Positions 1 through 12,969 of a stretch of 64,000 nt of DNA are shown here, one piece after another. The position numbers and the translations under genes were made by a program. Below the pieces are notes generated by a model. The model did not search any database. It was not told where the DNA came from and worked only from the letters and a program-made list of their open reading frames with translations. The stretch comes from Phoronis australis (Eukaryota > Animalia > Phoronida). Every line of letters begins with the position of its first letter. The stretch's first letter is position 1. The stretch is from the NCBI GenBank assembly GCA_002633005.1, contig NMRA01000315.1:280961-344960 (forward strand), given 5' to 3'.

Positions 1-415
1 GAGGAAGTTTGTGGGTTTTCATGTTTTGAATTATCTCGCCCACCTTTCTTGTGTTCAGTATAAATATTCTGTTAGCTACTCTAGAATTCATATTGCTTGG
101 AGAGAGGCTGCTGCTTGCTTCAAAAATATCACAGATACCCAGCGTTGGTAAGAGACAACTTTGTTTCTTGATGTTTTACTATAAACTTTCACTTTAGAAA
201 CAACTATTCTCAGTTCTTTGGTTATTTGATTAACTCATCGAAAGTGTTTTAATAGAAATTGTTGTAACTACAAGTTTCTGCTAACTATTGTTTGCCAAAT
301 TGTGAGTTGGTATAATATTACTAGATATGCAATTGTCTGTATTTTAGTATGATGTATTTGGTACTTCAATTTGTATTAGATATTGTATTATCTTTATTAA
401 TTGTTTCAGGTTTAA

Positions 416-510
416 CCGTATCTTGCCGTATCTTGCCGTATCTTACCGTATCGTAAGATAGTAGATCGTATCGTATCTTATCGTATCGTATCGTATCGTA
501 TCATATCATA
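416..510. repeat. Simple repeat (CCGTATCTTG)n grading into (ATCGT)n
   Basis: Visible tandem 10-mers and 5-mers. Confidence 0.85.
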
Positions 511-689
511 AATAAAGTTTTATGAGCCAATGTTACGATATTATTATTATACGCGTGTAAACCGCTGGGTCAACAACAACAACAAGAGAGACATCTAATG
601 TGCGTGTGACTATACGCTACATAGTGCTTAAGTTACAAAAGAAAAGGAGGGAAGACAGCAGGCAGGGCAAACCACAGAAGTTTAGGTTT

Positions 690-2470
690 TTTCCAGAAGG
701 GAACATGTCCCCATTGTGGATAAAAGACCACGCGGCAATGGGTTGTCGTTTTAAAGAGACTGAATTACGTTCCTGTCACAAGAAAGGTCATATAGAGACT
801 GTCTAAGCAAAAGAAAGGCTAGAGATAAAGTAATCAGTATCTTAGCAAGGTCAGAACAGAAAGTTAATAACATTTCGGATCGAGATCCAATTCAGATTGT
901 TATTCACATATACGGCAAAAACAGACATTTGACGTAGATACTGGATCACCGGAAAATTTCGTTTCGTAGAAGGTTTAGTTTAAACTTGGAAAACCTGTTT
1001 TATTTCCATCACACAATCAGCGGCAAATGAAAAACCATTACCTGTTTTTGGGAATTTTCATTACAAACGCAACATTACAGTCCGATTCGCATTATACAAC
1101 AAACATTGAATTATTAGTAAGCAAACACGATTTGGATATTGTTGGCCGAACGGCAGTTCGACAGCTAAAGACTGACGTAACTGCACTCTGTAGGAATTCC
1201 ATGTTGCGTGATGACAACCAAAATGCCAGTTGGTTTTGTTTGTCATAAGGACAAGAAAAGTGATGTAGAGTTTCAGCTCGCGTGCAAAATCATCTGCGAG
1301 GAATTTCCAGAGCTATTCAAACCTAAACTGAGATATTTAAAAGGTTTCGAATTAGATGTAAAATTCAAGCCTGATGTTCAACCAATATTTTGCAAACCTC
1401 GCACAGTACCTTTTGCATAACTGGAGGACTTGAATCTGGCATATGATGCTGGTATTAAACGTGGAATTTGGGAACCTACACAATTCAACGAGTATGGAAC
1501 TCCTGTTTTCCTTATAAGAAAAGCACCGCTTACAGGCCAAAGTAAACGGAACTTAAGAGTATGCGGAGATTACTCAGTAACGATTAATCCTCTGCTTGAA
1601 ACTCATCGTCATCCGCTACCCTTGCCTGAAGATCTTATGCAAAAGCTCGAGCAGTGGCGGCTTTTATTTCACGAAAATGGATTTGGCTGATGCATATAAT
1701 CAGATTAAATTAACTTCGGAAAGTCAGAGACGTCTGGCACTATCCACACGTCGTGGAGTTCTAAGTTGCTTAATAAAGAATCTAGCAAGGATTCTGACAG
1801 CATTGAGATATGCAATAAAGGGTTGGCCAGTTTCTATGGATTCCGAAGAATGGAAATATTTCAGAAAATTGAAAGATACCGTGACCACAGGAGATGGATG
1901 TCTTTTTCATGGAACACGGGAAGTTATTCCAAAGAGATTACAAATGCAGGGGTTGGAGCTGCTTCATATTGGCCATTTCGGAATGCAGAGAATGACGCAA
2001 CTACCACGGACAATGGTTTATTGGTCACATATTAAGGAGGATATTGAAGAACTGACCGTCATTGCACGGCTTGTGCTGAACATCAAAACAGATCACCGAA
2101 AGCAGCTATTCATCCATGGATGCTACCCGAAAAGCCATGTAGCCGTGTTCATGTTGATCATGCCATAAACTTTCTTGGAACAAACTGGTTGGTCATGGTA
2201 GACGCGTATTCTAAATACCGATGTATACAGCCAACATGTTCACTGTCAACAAAAACAATAACGAAATTGCTTGTAAGAGAGTTTGCGAATTTTGGTTATC
2301 CTTACACGTTAGTATGAATGCAGCAACGTTTTTCTCTAAAGAATTCTAGGCTTGATGCCAAGAACTTGGTAAGTGCACACCTTACAGGTGCCCCCTACCA
2401 TCCAGCTACAAATGGAGCTGCACAGCGTTAGGTACAGACTTTCATGCAATCTCTGAGGAAGTCTTCATTG
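690..2470 (+). mobile_element. Degenerate Ty3/Gypsy LTR-retrotransposon internal region (gag knuckles, protease, partial RT, integrase)
   Basis: Decayed CCHC knuckles (DHAAMGC..., SCHKKGHIETV); protease DVDTGS with DTGS at 937-948; RT N-terminus PRTVPF...LRVCGDY...PLP...MDLADAYNQI; integrase zinc finger (LHIGHFG...VYW...CTAC); core RVHVD...VDAYSKY; PYHPATNG near 2390-2420. Many stops and frameshifts. No LTRs identified. Confidence 0.92.
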
Positions 2471-3309
2471 TCGCTACAAGAGTTTTTTATTACAATATCT
2501 TCGTACAACTCGAAACTTGAAGACAATTATGGACGATGGCCCAGTGTTGCGACAAGACAAAGAGATCACGCGCTACCATTAAACCAACAATCGTAGAACA
2601 AAGAGTGTCACTGACCCGAGAATCCAAACACTCTATGATAATGAGGACGAAGCAGTATAGCTTACATGAAATATTTTAATACTTAAAAATATTTCTATGC
2701 GCTAACTGTGAAGCGATACCGCAGTTAATTTACAGTGAAATAACATGTGTACATGTAGGTGAAATGAAAGGTCATATACATGTATATTATGACAAGCTAA
2801 ACTACTACAGATATCGATAAATACAAAAGTTATATCATATGTTGAGCTGTAAACATGGTGAAAATCTGCCACAGATGCAGCAGAAGGATGCATTCGCCTA
2901 CCCAATTTCTCTTACTCTATTGCACATTCAAATGTACTTTCTAGGAGAAAGCATACAATCGGATACCTACGACTCCATTGAAAATGCTCGAACTGCCCTG
3001 AAGCTGCTTGAGTAAGGCAGGAGGGGATAAAGTAAAAGATGCTCGGAGACAAATGTATAAAAAAGGCCGGCAGCTAGAGTGGAAGATTCCAGATTCAACT
3101 GGAGGAGACCAGAATGTACCAGCCAGTGGAGTGGGCAGTGTGTAAGGCGATAAGGACACTGATTTTTGTATTGAAATGGATTTTAACTTTTAGTTTAATA
3201 AAGTAACAGTAGTAAAATTCCTTGAGGTTTTTATGTGGCCTTATATGTCCGTTGTTAGGTTGGCAGTACTATATGGCATGGTCTATGGGGGGTGGGTTTT
3301 GTCTGTAAA

Positions 3310-3830
3310 GCTGTTCATCACTCTAGCTCCTTTTTAGCCAGTAACTGTGCATTATACTAGTACACTGGACTCGTGAAATTCAGGATTTTTAAATAGTGTT
3401 GAATTGCAGTCACAGTGTACTTGATCTTGTTTACACTGACCCATGAAGCACACCACTGATTTCCAGAATAAACTATGAGGTCCTTTACTGACCAGATTAG
3501 ATGTGTTTATTGTAAATGGCATAGCTAATTATTTTTTTGATAATTCTAGTATAACCTTGTTTAATTCTGGTGCCTTCGTCAACAAACAACTTTTAAGTTA
3601 AAAGATTTTGTCCGCCTAATACAATCGGTCTAATTTGAATTTTTGCTCTGATTGGAATTGTTTTTAAGATTTGTGAAGAACTGAGAGTTTGTTATTGTCC
3701 AAGTCAAGCTGGCCATGGAGGCGTTTGTTTCATTTGTCGTTAATGGAATTCGAGACAGTTTATTGGTCAGTAATCAATTTAAATTTCAAACAATGAAAGG
3801 AGGATTCAATAATCACGTCAATGAAACATA
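3310..3830 (-). pseudogene. Possible decayed leucine-rich-repeat coding fragment with an LRRCT-like cap
   Basis: Minus-strand frames give LLTNKLSRIP, QLDLDNNKLSVL and VHCDCNS (near 3404-3420), broken by stops and frameshifts. Confidence 0.35.
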
Positions 3831-4880
3831 ACTAAATTCTGGATTCGTATATTGGATTATGCTGATCAAACTCAAAACGTTATTCCCAAATTTTTGTGCT
3901 TGTGACCATTTACCGATAGCAGTGCAGTGATAAACGTAATACACACATAGTGACGGTCTTCCTGAGCTGCACCGCCAATAGCTTCATAGACCTACTGTCA
4001 GCAGAAATCCCTTTATTTAGCAGTCTGTAGTTTGTATTGTTTGTATTTTAAACAACCAGAATTATAGTTCCTAGTAGGCACTAGGAGGCATGTAGCAACT
4101 GGCGTTCCCCGGGCCGCGAGGTGGGGGGGTAGAGGAGTAAGGGGGCTCCCTCATTGTACAGGTGAGTGCAAAATAATTAGAAGAACAGCAGTTGTGAAGA
4201 AGAATGTTTGTCACGATCCCAAATTTAAGGTTCGTTGTTTAGAGCAGAGGAATTACCACATTGGCGGTGACTTCACTGCTTAACAACTTCACCGCAATAG
4301 CTAGAACTGTGACGATAATGAATGGATATGTCCTGGACTAAAATTGATTATTTTTAACTGTTTCAAATAGAATTGCTTGCAACAAGCTAGATTTTCATCC
4401 GGAGAAATACGATAGAAATTAACAAAAAAACAGTTTAGGTTAGGTTTTGGTTCTCTGGTAACCCGCGTTTTAGTAACATTTCTTTGAACTGTTTTGTGAA
4501 GACATACAAATGACCTAGGGAACACTTAACAACGGATTAGATTAATAACTGGATCTCACCTCGATTTGGAAACCGCTCTTTGGAGTTCAAATTAAACGGG
4601 AGGTTTTAGTAATGAACACCCTCTGTGTGCTGATGAAGTGGGTAGGGTTTTCGCCGATTTTGGTATCGAAATGGTCATTTTTCAACCCCGTATTAAAGTG
4701 GGAGCATATTTCAAGGATGTAAATGCAACCAATGATGTGAGTGGCTCTTTTCTCGAAGGAAATGAAATGGGTTCTCATGCACAGATATTTGGTACATGTA
4801 TATTGTTCCCATGTACAGGAAGGGTTTGGAATTTTTTGTTTCTAATAATTACTACTGCTCAATGAAATATTTTCCCTTAA

Positions 4881-6904
4881 TCAACCTTCGTTGAAGAGAA
4901 TACAAATCTGATCGGAGTTGGAGTACGATCCTGCTGTACAATTGACAAGTCGCGTGCACGTTCCCAGACATGTGATGCTTCGCACTACCTTCACACGAAG
5001 CAGTTCCAATGCACCGATGGTTATCTCATTTGTAATTCTGAATAGGCCATTGGGTTCTTTAGCAAACAATGCAACCTCTGGAGCGACAGTTGGTTGAGTT
5101 TTATAGCTCTCCGCCAACTGAGATAACACAGTGTTCGTCGATGACTGAATGGCCACATGTACCGTTGCATGGGTTGAGGTCGTGTTCTCAAAAGTCTCAG
5201 CGCCTGTCGCGTTCTCTGAGGAATGAGTAGTCGTCACATTCTCTGAGGACGATAATGTGATCTCCGCTGTCACGTTCTCGTGCCGGGACATGATTTTTGA
5301 AGTGTTTTCCGAAAGGTGGTTCGATTCGGTTGATGTTGAGATTTCCGCATTGTGTGTCGTCACCGTATCCGACAAGTGACTTGATGTCGAGGTATTCAAA
5401 GTCGGATCATGACTAGTCGCTGTATCGGACGTCTGAACTAATGTCGATACGTCCAAACTTCGAGTTGTTGTTGAAATCGACGACTGGTTAGCGAATGTCG
5501 AGACGTCCGAAGTCAGAGTTATTGTCTCTGTATCCGACGACTGGCCCCAAGTCGATACGTCCGAACTTTGGGTAGCCGTAACGGTTGTAACCGTCAACCC
5601 ATTAGCTGAATTTATGACGTCCGAAATTTGGGTTGTTTTTGCTGTATCTGACGATTGACCTATTGTCGATACTTCCGAGCTTTGAGTCGTCGTTGTAATA
5701 GTGGGCTCATTAGTAGAATTCAATGCGTCCGAAGTTTGGGTTGTGCTTTCTGAATCTGACGATTGACCTAATGTCAATATCTCCGTACTCTGAGTCGTCG
5801 TAATCGTCGGTTTAATGGTTGAAGTCAGGACGTCCGAAATTTGCCAATGGGCGGTTGTTGCTGAATCTGGCGACTGACTCAATGTCGATACTTCCGAGCT
5901 TTGAGTCGTCGTTGTAATCGTGGACTCATTAGTTGGATTCACGGAATCCGAAGTTTGAGTTGTTGTTACTGAATCTGACGACTGACCTAATGTTGATACT
6001 TCCGAGCTTTGAATCGTCGTTGTAATCGTGGGCTCATTAGTTGAATTCACGGCGTCCAAAGTTTGGCTTGGTGTTGCTGAATCTGAGGATTGACTTAATG
6101 TCGATACTTCCGAACTCTGAGTCGTAGTAATCATTGGCTCATTGGTTGAAGTAAGGACACCCACTGTCTGGATCGTTGGCACTGTATAAGACAATTGAGA
6201 TGATGTCGAGGTTTCCGAAGCTTCAGTCGTTGTATCGGACCTCTGGGTTGAACTTGAGTTGAATGAAGTTTGGATTGTTGTTGACGTATGCGACGACAGG
6301 CCTAATGTCGATACATTCGAGTTTTGTGTATTAATTGTTGTATCCGCGGTCTCTTGAACTGAAGTCAAAACGTCCAAAGTGTGGGTCGTTGATGTATTTG
6401 ACGATTGAGACGATGTTGTGGCGTTTGAAGCTTCAGTCGTTGTTGCTGTAGCCGACGAATGATCTAATGTGGATGCGTTCGAACTTTGGGCCGTTGTATC
6501 CGGAGACTCATAATATGAAGTCGAGTTGTCCAAAGCCTGAGTGATTGTCGCTGTAACCGGCAACTCAGACGATGTCGTGACGTTTGAAGCTTCAGTCGTT
6601 GTTGTATACGGCGACTCATGAACTGAAGTCGAGTTTTCTGAAGCCTGAGTCGTCGTTGATGTCGAGATGTCCAACGTTTGAACCGTTGTTGCCATATCCG
6701 ATGACTCGGTTAAACTTGAGTCGTATGGTGTCTGTGTCATTATGGCTGTATGTGACATCTGAGCTGATGTCGAGGTGTCCGACGTCTGAGTTGACGTTGT
6801 AACTGCATCCGACGGTTGTATTGTATTTACGTAACCTCCAGACGTCTGAGTAGCGGTAATGTTAATCACTGAGTCTGGGTTCGATGTCTGCATCGACATT
6901 GTAC
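4881..6904 (-). CDS. Last coding exon of a secreted Ser/Thr-rich mucin-like protein with a C-terminal PAN/Apple-like 4-Cys module
   Basis: 672-codon open frame with extreme T/S content; acceptor ttccag|GT ACA ATG at 6904 (phase 1); C-terminus CLGTCTRLVNCTAGSYSNSDQICIL (C-x3-C-x5-C-x11-C). Confidence 0.9.
5430..6130 (-). repeat. Coding tandem repeat of about 108 bp (36 aa; QSSEVSTLxQSSDSxTTTQTSDxxNSTNEPTITTTT), about 6 copies
   Basis: Motif gtcgatacttccgagc recurs with about 108-bp periodicity; the repeat is visible in the ORF translation. Confidence 0.85.
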
Positions 6905-7619
6905 CTGGAATTAGAGTTCAACCCCACGTACTTTTCGCTGTTTACATGTATGTTGGTATCCTATATCGAGTTGACTAACTGATCTACATGTATCGTTGAC
7001 GTTCATTTAATATGATCTACAATAGAGTGCACATGTAACATTAAGGTTAAAAAACAAAAACTTTGTAGCACCTTGCTAGCTTCGATACCGATTCGTTTTG
7101 TCCCAGGAGGCCTGTCATTAAGGCATGTTCAACGGAGTTGCGTTCCCAGTACCCCTACGAAGGTTAAATTTTGCGTTAGTATAAATAATGTATGGCCTCA
7201 TTACATACGACACCAGCGATGTTTTAAAACTGTCCTTTTCAGTCAGTCCTTTTAACTTAAACATTTCATATTACAGACTCTGTTCCATTTTATATTTGCA
7301 GCTTCAAAAAGTGACGGAGTAGGTTCAGTACATAAACCTTTCGTGCGCACCTGCGTGCAAGAACAGACTATGTACCTGACTTTCAGCTGTGTTGTACGAT
7401 TCACACAGACGCCTTAAAAAAACAATGCAACTTTATAAACTTCACCTAATATTGATATTGATACGCACATATCGCACCATTGCTTTGTTTGCTGCATTGC
7501 ATCGTATTGACAAGTTTCAATTGAAACTTCGGAGTTTTGAAGTAGGAACGGCAACAATTCTGTGAAAATATGATGAGCACAACATTCGCTACATATTTTA
7601 TGGCCATGTGCCTACTTAC

Positions 7620-7674
7620 CAAGCAACGTGAAATAGAGTACACTGCGAAGAATGGTAGATCTTTGCCTTGCCAT
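7620..7674 (-). CDS. Signal-peptide exon of the mucin-like gene (MARQRSTILRSVLYFTLLG)
   Basis: ATG at 7674, basic then hydrophobic stretch, donor G|GTAAGT in phase 1 matching the 6904 acceptor (692-aa product if spliced directly). Acceptor ...cacatcgcag| at 7680 implies an upstream UTR exon. Confidence 0.75.
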
Positions 7675-8302
7675 TGCGTCCTGCGATGTGAAACAGAGTG
7701 TTGCCACTACCGCTATTCAAACACTAATTGGAACCAAAATTGATAAGAAAGATATCGATTATTTTAAATTGAAGTGACTCACGAACGTCAGTTGTATTAT
7801 TTAGAGGGTACTAATGATTTGTTCACTCTCTAACGAGTATTGACATACGGGTCACATTACGCGTACAGGTACACTTGTCCCAAAAATTAGGTGAACTCGA
7901 GAATAGAATATGAGATCACGTACAGTACCTGTATAAGTATTGCAGTCTTACACATACAAAGAATGGTAAAATGCACGATTTGAAAAACAAATGCTTACAA
8001 GAACAATTCTCGTGTTTCTGTTTATTATATTACAAAGCTCGTACATTCGCCGTTACCTTGGCAAATTAAGAATGTAGAACCTTATAGACAAGTGAGTGTA
8101 ATTGGCCAATTATCTACAGCACTATAGATTTTAAGCCTGTAAAACTGTACATTTTCTGAAAGTAGCAAGCCTGTAGCATTGGAATGTTGACATTAAACCA
8201 ATTTGCTTTGAATTGGATTATAGAACCATGTGTATTCATTTGTATTTTTTTATACATTTAATTCCAATAACACAAAAAGATGTACAACCTAAGTTAGCGT
8301 AA

Positions 8303-8347
8303 TACACACATGCGCACACACACGCACACACACACACACACACACAC
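8303..8347. repeat. (CA)n microsatellite
   Basis: Visible CA run with GCGC interruptions. Confidence 0.9.
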
Positions 8348-8789
8348 CAGACACTTACTCAATTGTCACTCTACAACATGGGTAAAACTTAACTATCTAT
8401 CTCTTAATCTATTAAGCTGTTCATTATTTCCAAAAATATATTTCTCAGTGGTATAATGTAAGCTAAACTAAACTAAACTAACATATTTTGAATTATTTGC
8501 AAAAGCATATACATGTATGGAAGGCAAAGCGCCCCCAGTATTTAACGGTATATGTAATGTTTTGCTAGAGTCAAAATTGCATTTGTTGATAGATGTAGAT
8601 CCTGGATTCTAAAAAGGGCACTAGTGTTAATTTTCATTTTTCCATTTTCAATAAAGCAAAGTTTCTGGGCCTTGTTTAGAAAATGTTCAAGCAGATATGA
8701 ATTTGTACACATTATTCTATCTACTAGTCGATACTGAAATCATTTTAGTTTAACATCAAAAGAAAATTTGAATATATTTAAGTACCCAG

Positions 8790-9050
8790 TGTCAGAATAA
8801 ATATTGATTAAGTAATGACCATATATAGTTACATTTCAGTAAGTTGCACAAAATTTGTGCATAGGTACTTTTAAACCTTGGGGTCAATCATGTTTACATG
8901 TATTTTTGACGACAAGATCTATTTTAGATGATGTTTACTACTTTGGTTGTGGGGTCAATGCACTCTAAAGATTCTAGAAATTTCTGAGAGCAAATCGCAA
9001 CACCCAGCGATATGATTAGATAAAATCATGTGATTTTTATTAGCCAATCG
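8790..9050 (+). mobile_element. Truncated copy of an interspersed repeat beginning TGTCAGAATAAATA (solo-LTR-like)
   Basis: About 260 bp of clear similarity to the reverse complement of 51680-51930; both copies start at the same TG. Confidence 0.65.
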
Positions 9051-9606
9051 TTAAAACACTAGTGGCACACGTTTTTAACCCTTATTAAATGGTTAGAAGA
9101 ATTTATAAGGAACCATGCATAACCTATCCCATAACCAATACACAATCCGTAGACGAAGAAAGTTTAACTAAACGCATCACTCGCGATTCCGACCCGAAGT
9201 ACACACCGCCATTTTGAACTAACCGTGAAACCTGAAATACAATTCATTCAGGAACACTGGCTTAAGAACGCCGGCTGTGAGATTGAAACACTGTCTGTTA
9301 CCAGCCTGCAAACGGGGATACTGAAATAGCAGACAGCGGAAAACCAAAATAAGGACAATTTGTGCTGAAATTGTTGACAGAAAATTACAAAATAAATTTT
9401 GACAGAAATTATTTGCGGGACTCGGAACTGTAGTCGACTTGACCAGGTGCAAACCCATCGAGACCATTGCCTGGCGAATGACGAAGGCATGCCGTCCCCG
9501 GCTGTTTTATCGAAATAAATGGTTCAAATCATAAATGCCGTATACATACAAAGAATTTTCAGAAACTTGCATAAAATTACGGACTAGCCTGTGCCAACGA
9601 TTGAAT

Positions 9607-9810
9607 AACAAGGCCGACTACAGTATGGCGGGCTAGGCTAAACAAGGCCGACTACAGTATGGCGGGCTAGGCTAAACAAGGCCGACTACAGTATGGCGGG
9701 CTATGCTAAACAAGGCCGACTACAGTATGGCGGGCTAGGCTAAACAAGGCCGACTACAGTATGGCGGGCTAGGCTAAACAAGACCGACTACAGTATGGCG
9801 GGCTAGGCTA
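9607..9810. repeat. Minisatellite, 6 x 34 bp (AACAAGGCCGACTACAGTATGGCGGGCTAGGCTA)
   Basis: Six head-to-tail near-identical units with two substitutions and no spacers. Confidence 0.97.
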
Positions 9811-10989
9811 AGTGTGATTTACTTGGTGTAAGTAACACTGGTAAACAACCAGTATAAACCGAACAACGAGCATGCAGTATCAAAATAATCGAATAAAATT
9901 GCTATACAGTTAGATTATTCAGACGATTAAACTTGTGAAAATATCGAAAATAAATTTAGACGGAAACTGCGATACCGGCGGTGGTCTCCTCGACTTCCGT
10001 TATGGCCGGGCGGCTGACTGCCAACAAATAACAATGAACGTCAGAATTATTGGTGGCGAAATAACTTCAAGAAGAAAACTTGTCATAGTGCCAAATGGTA
10101 TAACATATAATGAGTTTAAGGCAAAAACAATACTTCTGAGCAACGAGGATGGGATTGGAGGATGGGTACGAGAGATATTTACCTCCGACCTGTAGGAAAA
10201 CGAAACAGGGGGAGAAGGAGCCGGACAATTGAGGGACGAATTGATATATGGGTCGCGGGCTCGGCGACAGGGTGGCACCTGACAAACCGAGGTAATGCAA
10301 CTGTACAACGAGGGGATCGAACTCAAGGTTAACAATATTAAATTGCTACTGCCGGGACAAACTGGCCCAGTCACTAGAGAACCAATATTAACATATAGGC
10401 ATGGTATATAACGTGAAAACGAGCTTACCGTGATAGTGAATAGACGGGGGGAAACGAAGGAATGAAAGCGAAGAAAACATGTAGACGTTTTAGAACGTAC
10501 ATCAATGTGGCCGTAATAAAGAAGGTGAACTGAAACACGAGATGACACTAACAAAGAGAATGGCTAAGGACACGTGACAATTATAAACCTCACGTGGTGC
10601 TTTTTATTGCCCATCTTACCAGAGGTTATCATTTATTATTTTATTTATTTTATTCACTGTCTATTACTAATAATCGTATTAGTCATGTTAAATGACTTTT
10701 TATCGCCTACCAAGTTCTCCTTTTCATATCTGGTAACGAGCTTTGTGACACACGTATCATTTATATGTATTATTTGGGACATATGTGAGCATGTGGACCC
10801 GTCTTACTCCTTTTCTTCTCTAGTCCACCACAACACTAGTATTTGAATTTCTCTCACCGACCCAGGCAGACAGTTTGCTTTCCTAAGTCCGTTGCTATCA
10901 TAGGTCTAAAGGCAACATTTATAAAAAAAGTTCTCGAAAACTAAAATTTTTCCATAATCATCCATTATATCATGTACACAAATCTTACT

Positions 10990-12620
10990 CCTCTATCGTT
11001 CACTGCAACAATGTCCACAGCTGGATCAGTAAAAGAACTTGAAACTCCTCTCAACATTGAACTAACCCTTATCCATGATAAACTCACTCTTAATGTTAGT
11101 AAAACCAAGTCCATGCCGTTGGGAGCCCATTAGAAATTAAAACAAAAGAAACTGTCTCTTTCTATCAAAGGTTACCCTGTCGAGAGTGTTGACAAGTTTA
11201 AGTACTTAGGCCTTATTTTAGATCCCAACCTTAAATTTACTATGCACATAGATCACATAACAAAGAAATTATCAAAGAAAATGGTGTACTGAAACGTCTA
11301 GGCAAATTTCGTAATGTCAGCACTCTTAAGACAAGTTACCATTCTATTATTCGGCTTCATATTGACTATTTTTACCGGTTTGGGGACATACCAGCGACAC
11401 ACTTCTGAGCAAAGTCCAAGTAATGCAAAGTAGAGCCGCCAGGGGTATCATGCGTACTGGAACTAGCGACACCCGGGTCGACGACTTGTACTCCAAGCTT
11501 GGATTTATCAAAGTATAACAAAGAAATAAATATCTCTCTGCCTGTTGCACAGGGCCGTAGGAAGCGGTTGGACACGTGCCCCCCACCCCCCAGAAAAAAT
11601 TGCAGCCGTCAGGGTTAAACCGTGGCAACCGACATAGGCGTGGGGACGGGGACAGTCAAGAAAAAAAGACTGCGAATACGGATAAAAGAGAAAATTCAAG
11701 ACTGAGAACATTTGCCAACTCAGTATCAGTGCGTGGTTCACCCTCTGAGGGCCTTGGCCAGGACATTGTTCTTAGGGTCTCGATATTTTGCATCATAGGT
11801 CGTCTAAACGCACTTGAAAACGTGCCCTTAATCATTCACACATGTATTTCGAAAAATCGAGAAAATGTTTAATTGAATAATGCAAATTTGCGAATGCAAA
11901 ACTATATTTTTTCAGAGACCGCTCTCTGGAAAGGGATAACGGAGACAACTGTCGCCCAATTTTTCGTTGTTTTTTTTTTCTCGAAATTGCTTCTCAGTAG
12001 TATTGTGCAATCTATTTTTGTTAGTCAAAACTGAAATAGCCCCAAATGCACTGTACCAGAGACCCCGGAACCTACCATTTCCAAAAATCCCTTCAAAGAA
12101 TGGCCATAATAAAACGAACTTTTCCAGAAACTGGATCATAATAAAACGAATCTTGACCTTATAGCCAGCGCAGACAGATAGGTACAAGCTAAGCGGATGT
12201 GGTGGCGATAGAAAGAGGGGAGGGGGCATAATTAGGCGAAGTCGAATTGGATTGTGCCTCCCAATAATTTTCCCTTCCTACGGGCCTGCTGCATTTACAG
12301 ATGTGTCAAAGGCTTGGCTCCAACAGATCTCAGCCGCAAATTCAGTAGCAGTCAAGCTACATACTCTACACGTTCTCCCGTTGCTGGTAAGGTTTCTTGT
12401 AAAAAATTGAAAACCGAGACCGGCAAGAAATCTTTTATTTATATTGCTGCTGCAATATGGAACTTCCCTAGCCCAGAAATTAAAAGGTCCGATTCAATTA
12501 ATTCGTTCAAGGTTAATATTAAAAAGTGGCTGTAATTTACTTAACCATTCTTACACCTTACCTGTCTTAATTGTCATTTTTCATACTTGTAAATGCTCTC
12601 ACTATTTAGTATCATATCTT
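10990..12620 (+). mobile_element. 3' part of an L2/CR1-type LINE, interrupted by a MITE at 11550-12288
   Basis: KLTLNVSKTKSM...FKYLGLILDPNLKF..HID...SRAARGI before the insert; IYRCVKGLAP..L...KKSFIY.AAAIWN...SINSFK after it. Confidence 0.85.
11550..12288. mobile_element. hAT-type MITE
   Basis: TIRs CAGGGCCGTAGGAAG / CTTCCTACGGGCCTG; flanks TTGCA/CTGCA (5-bp TSD, one mismatch); interrupts the LINE. Confidence 0.8.
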
Positions 12621-12969
12621 CATTTATATCATCTCTTTTAGCGAAATTTTCATCATCCTTCGTCATTTATTTATGTTGTGTATCTTACTTTGTCAAATAA
12701 AGTAGACACTCCATGAACTACGCAGTGAAACGAACAGAATTGAACTGAACACTGAACTGATTTATTCTACATATCATAACAATATATATACACACAATTA
12801 CATAACAACATATGATGGGTTACCTATGACACACTTCCTATACCAGGAATCGCATGACATAATACCAATTAAACTACTGAACTCATAAACAATAACAACC
12901 TACAAACATCCTGTTATTGTGTGACTAAGTACACAACAATTTATTATTTAAAATATCAAACTGTTTTAA

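Noticed and set aside
1-410. Possible 3' end of a LINE preceding the simple repeat
   Set aside because: Composition is suggestive, but no convincing conserved motif can be read.
7376-7412. 37-nt internal exon of the mucin gene
   Set aside because: It has a good acceptor, but with the obvious donor it would end in phase 2 and shift the frame of the large exon.
9607-9810. CRISPR-like array of 34-bp repeats
   Set aside because: The units are contiguous with no unique spacers, there are no cas genes, and the context is eukaryotic; it is a minisatellite.
10000-10554. 184-aa minus-strand ORF
   Set aside because: No recognisable motif; probably the antisense shadow of the decayed plus-strand frame.
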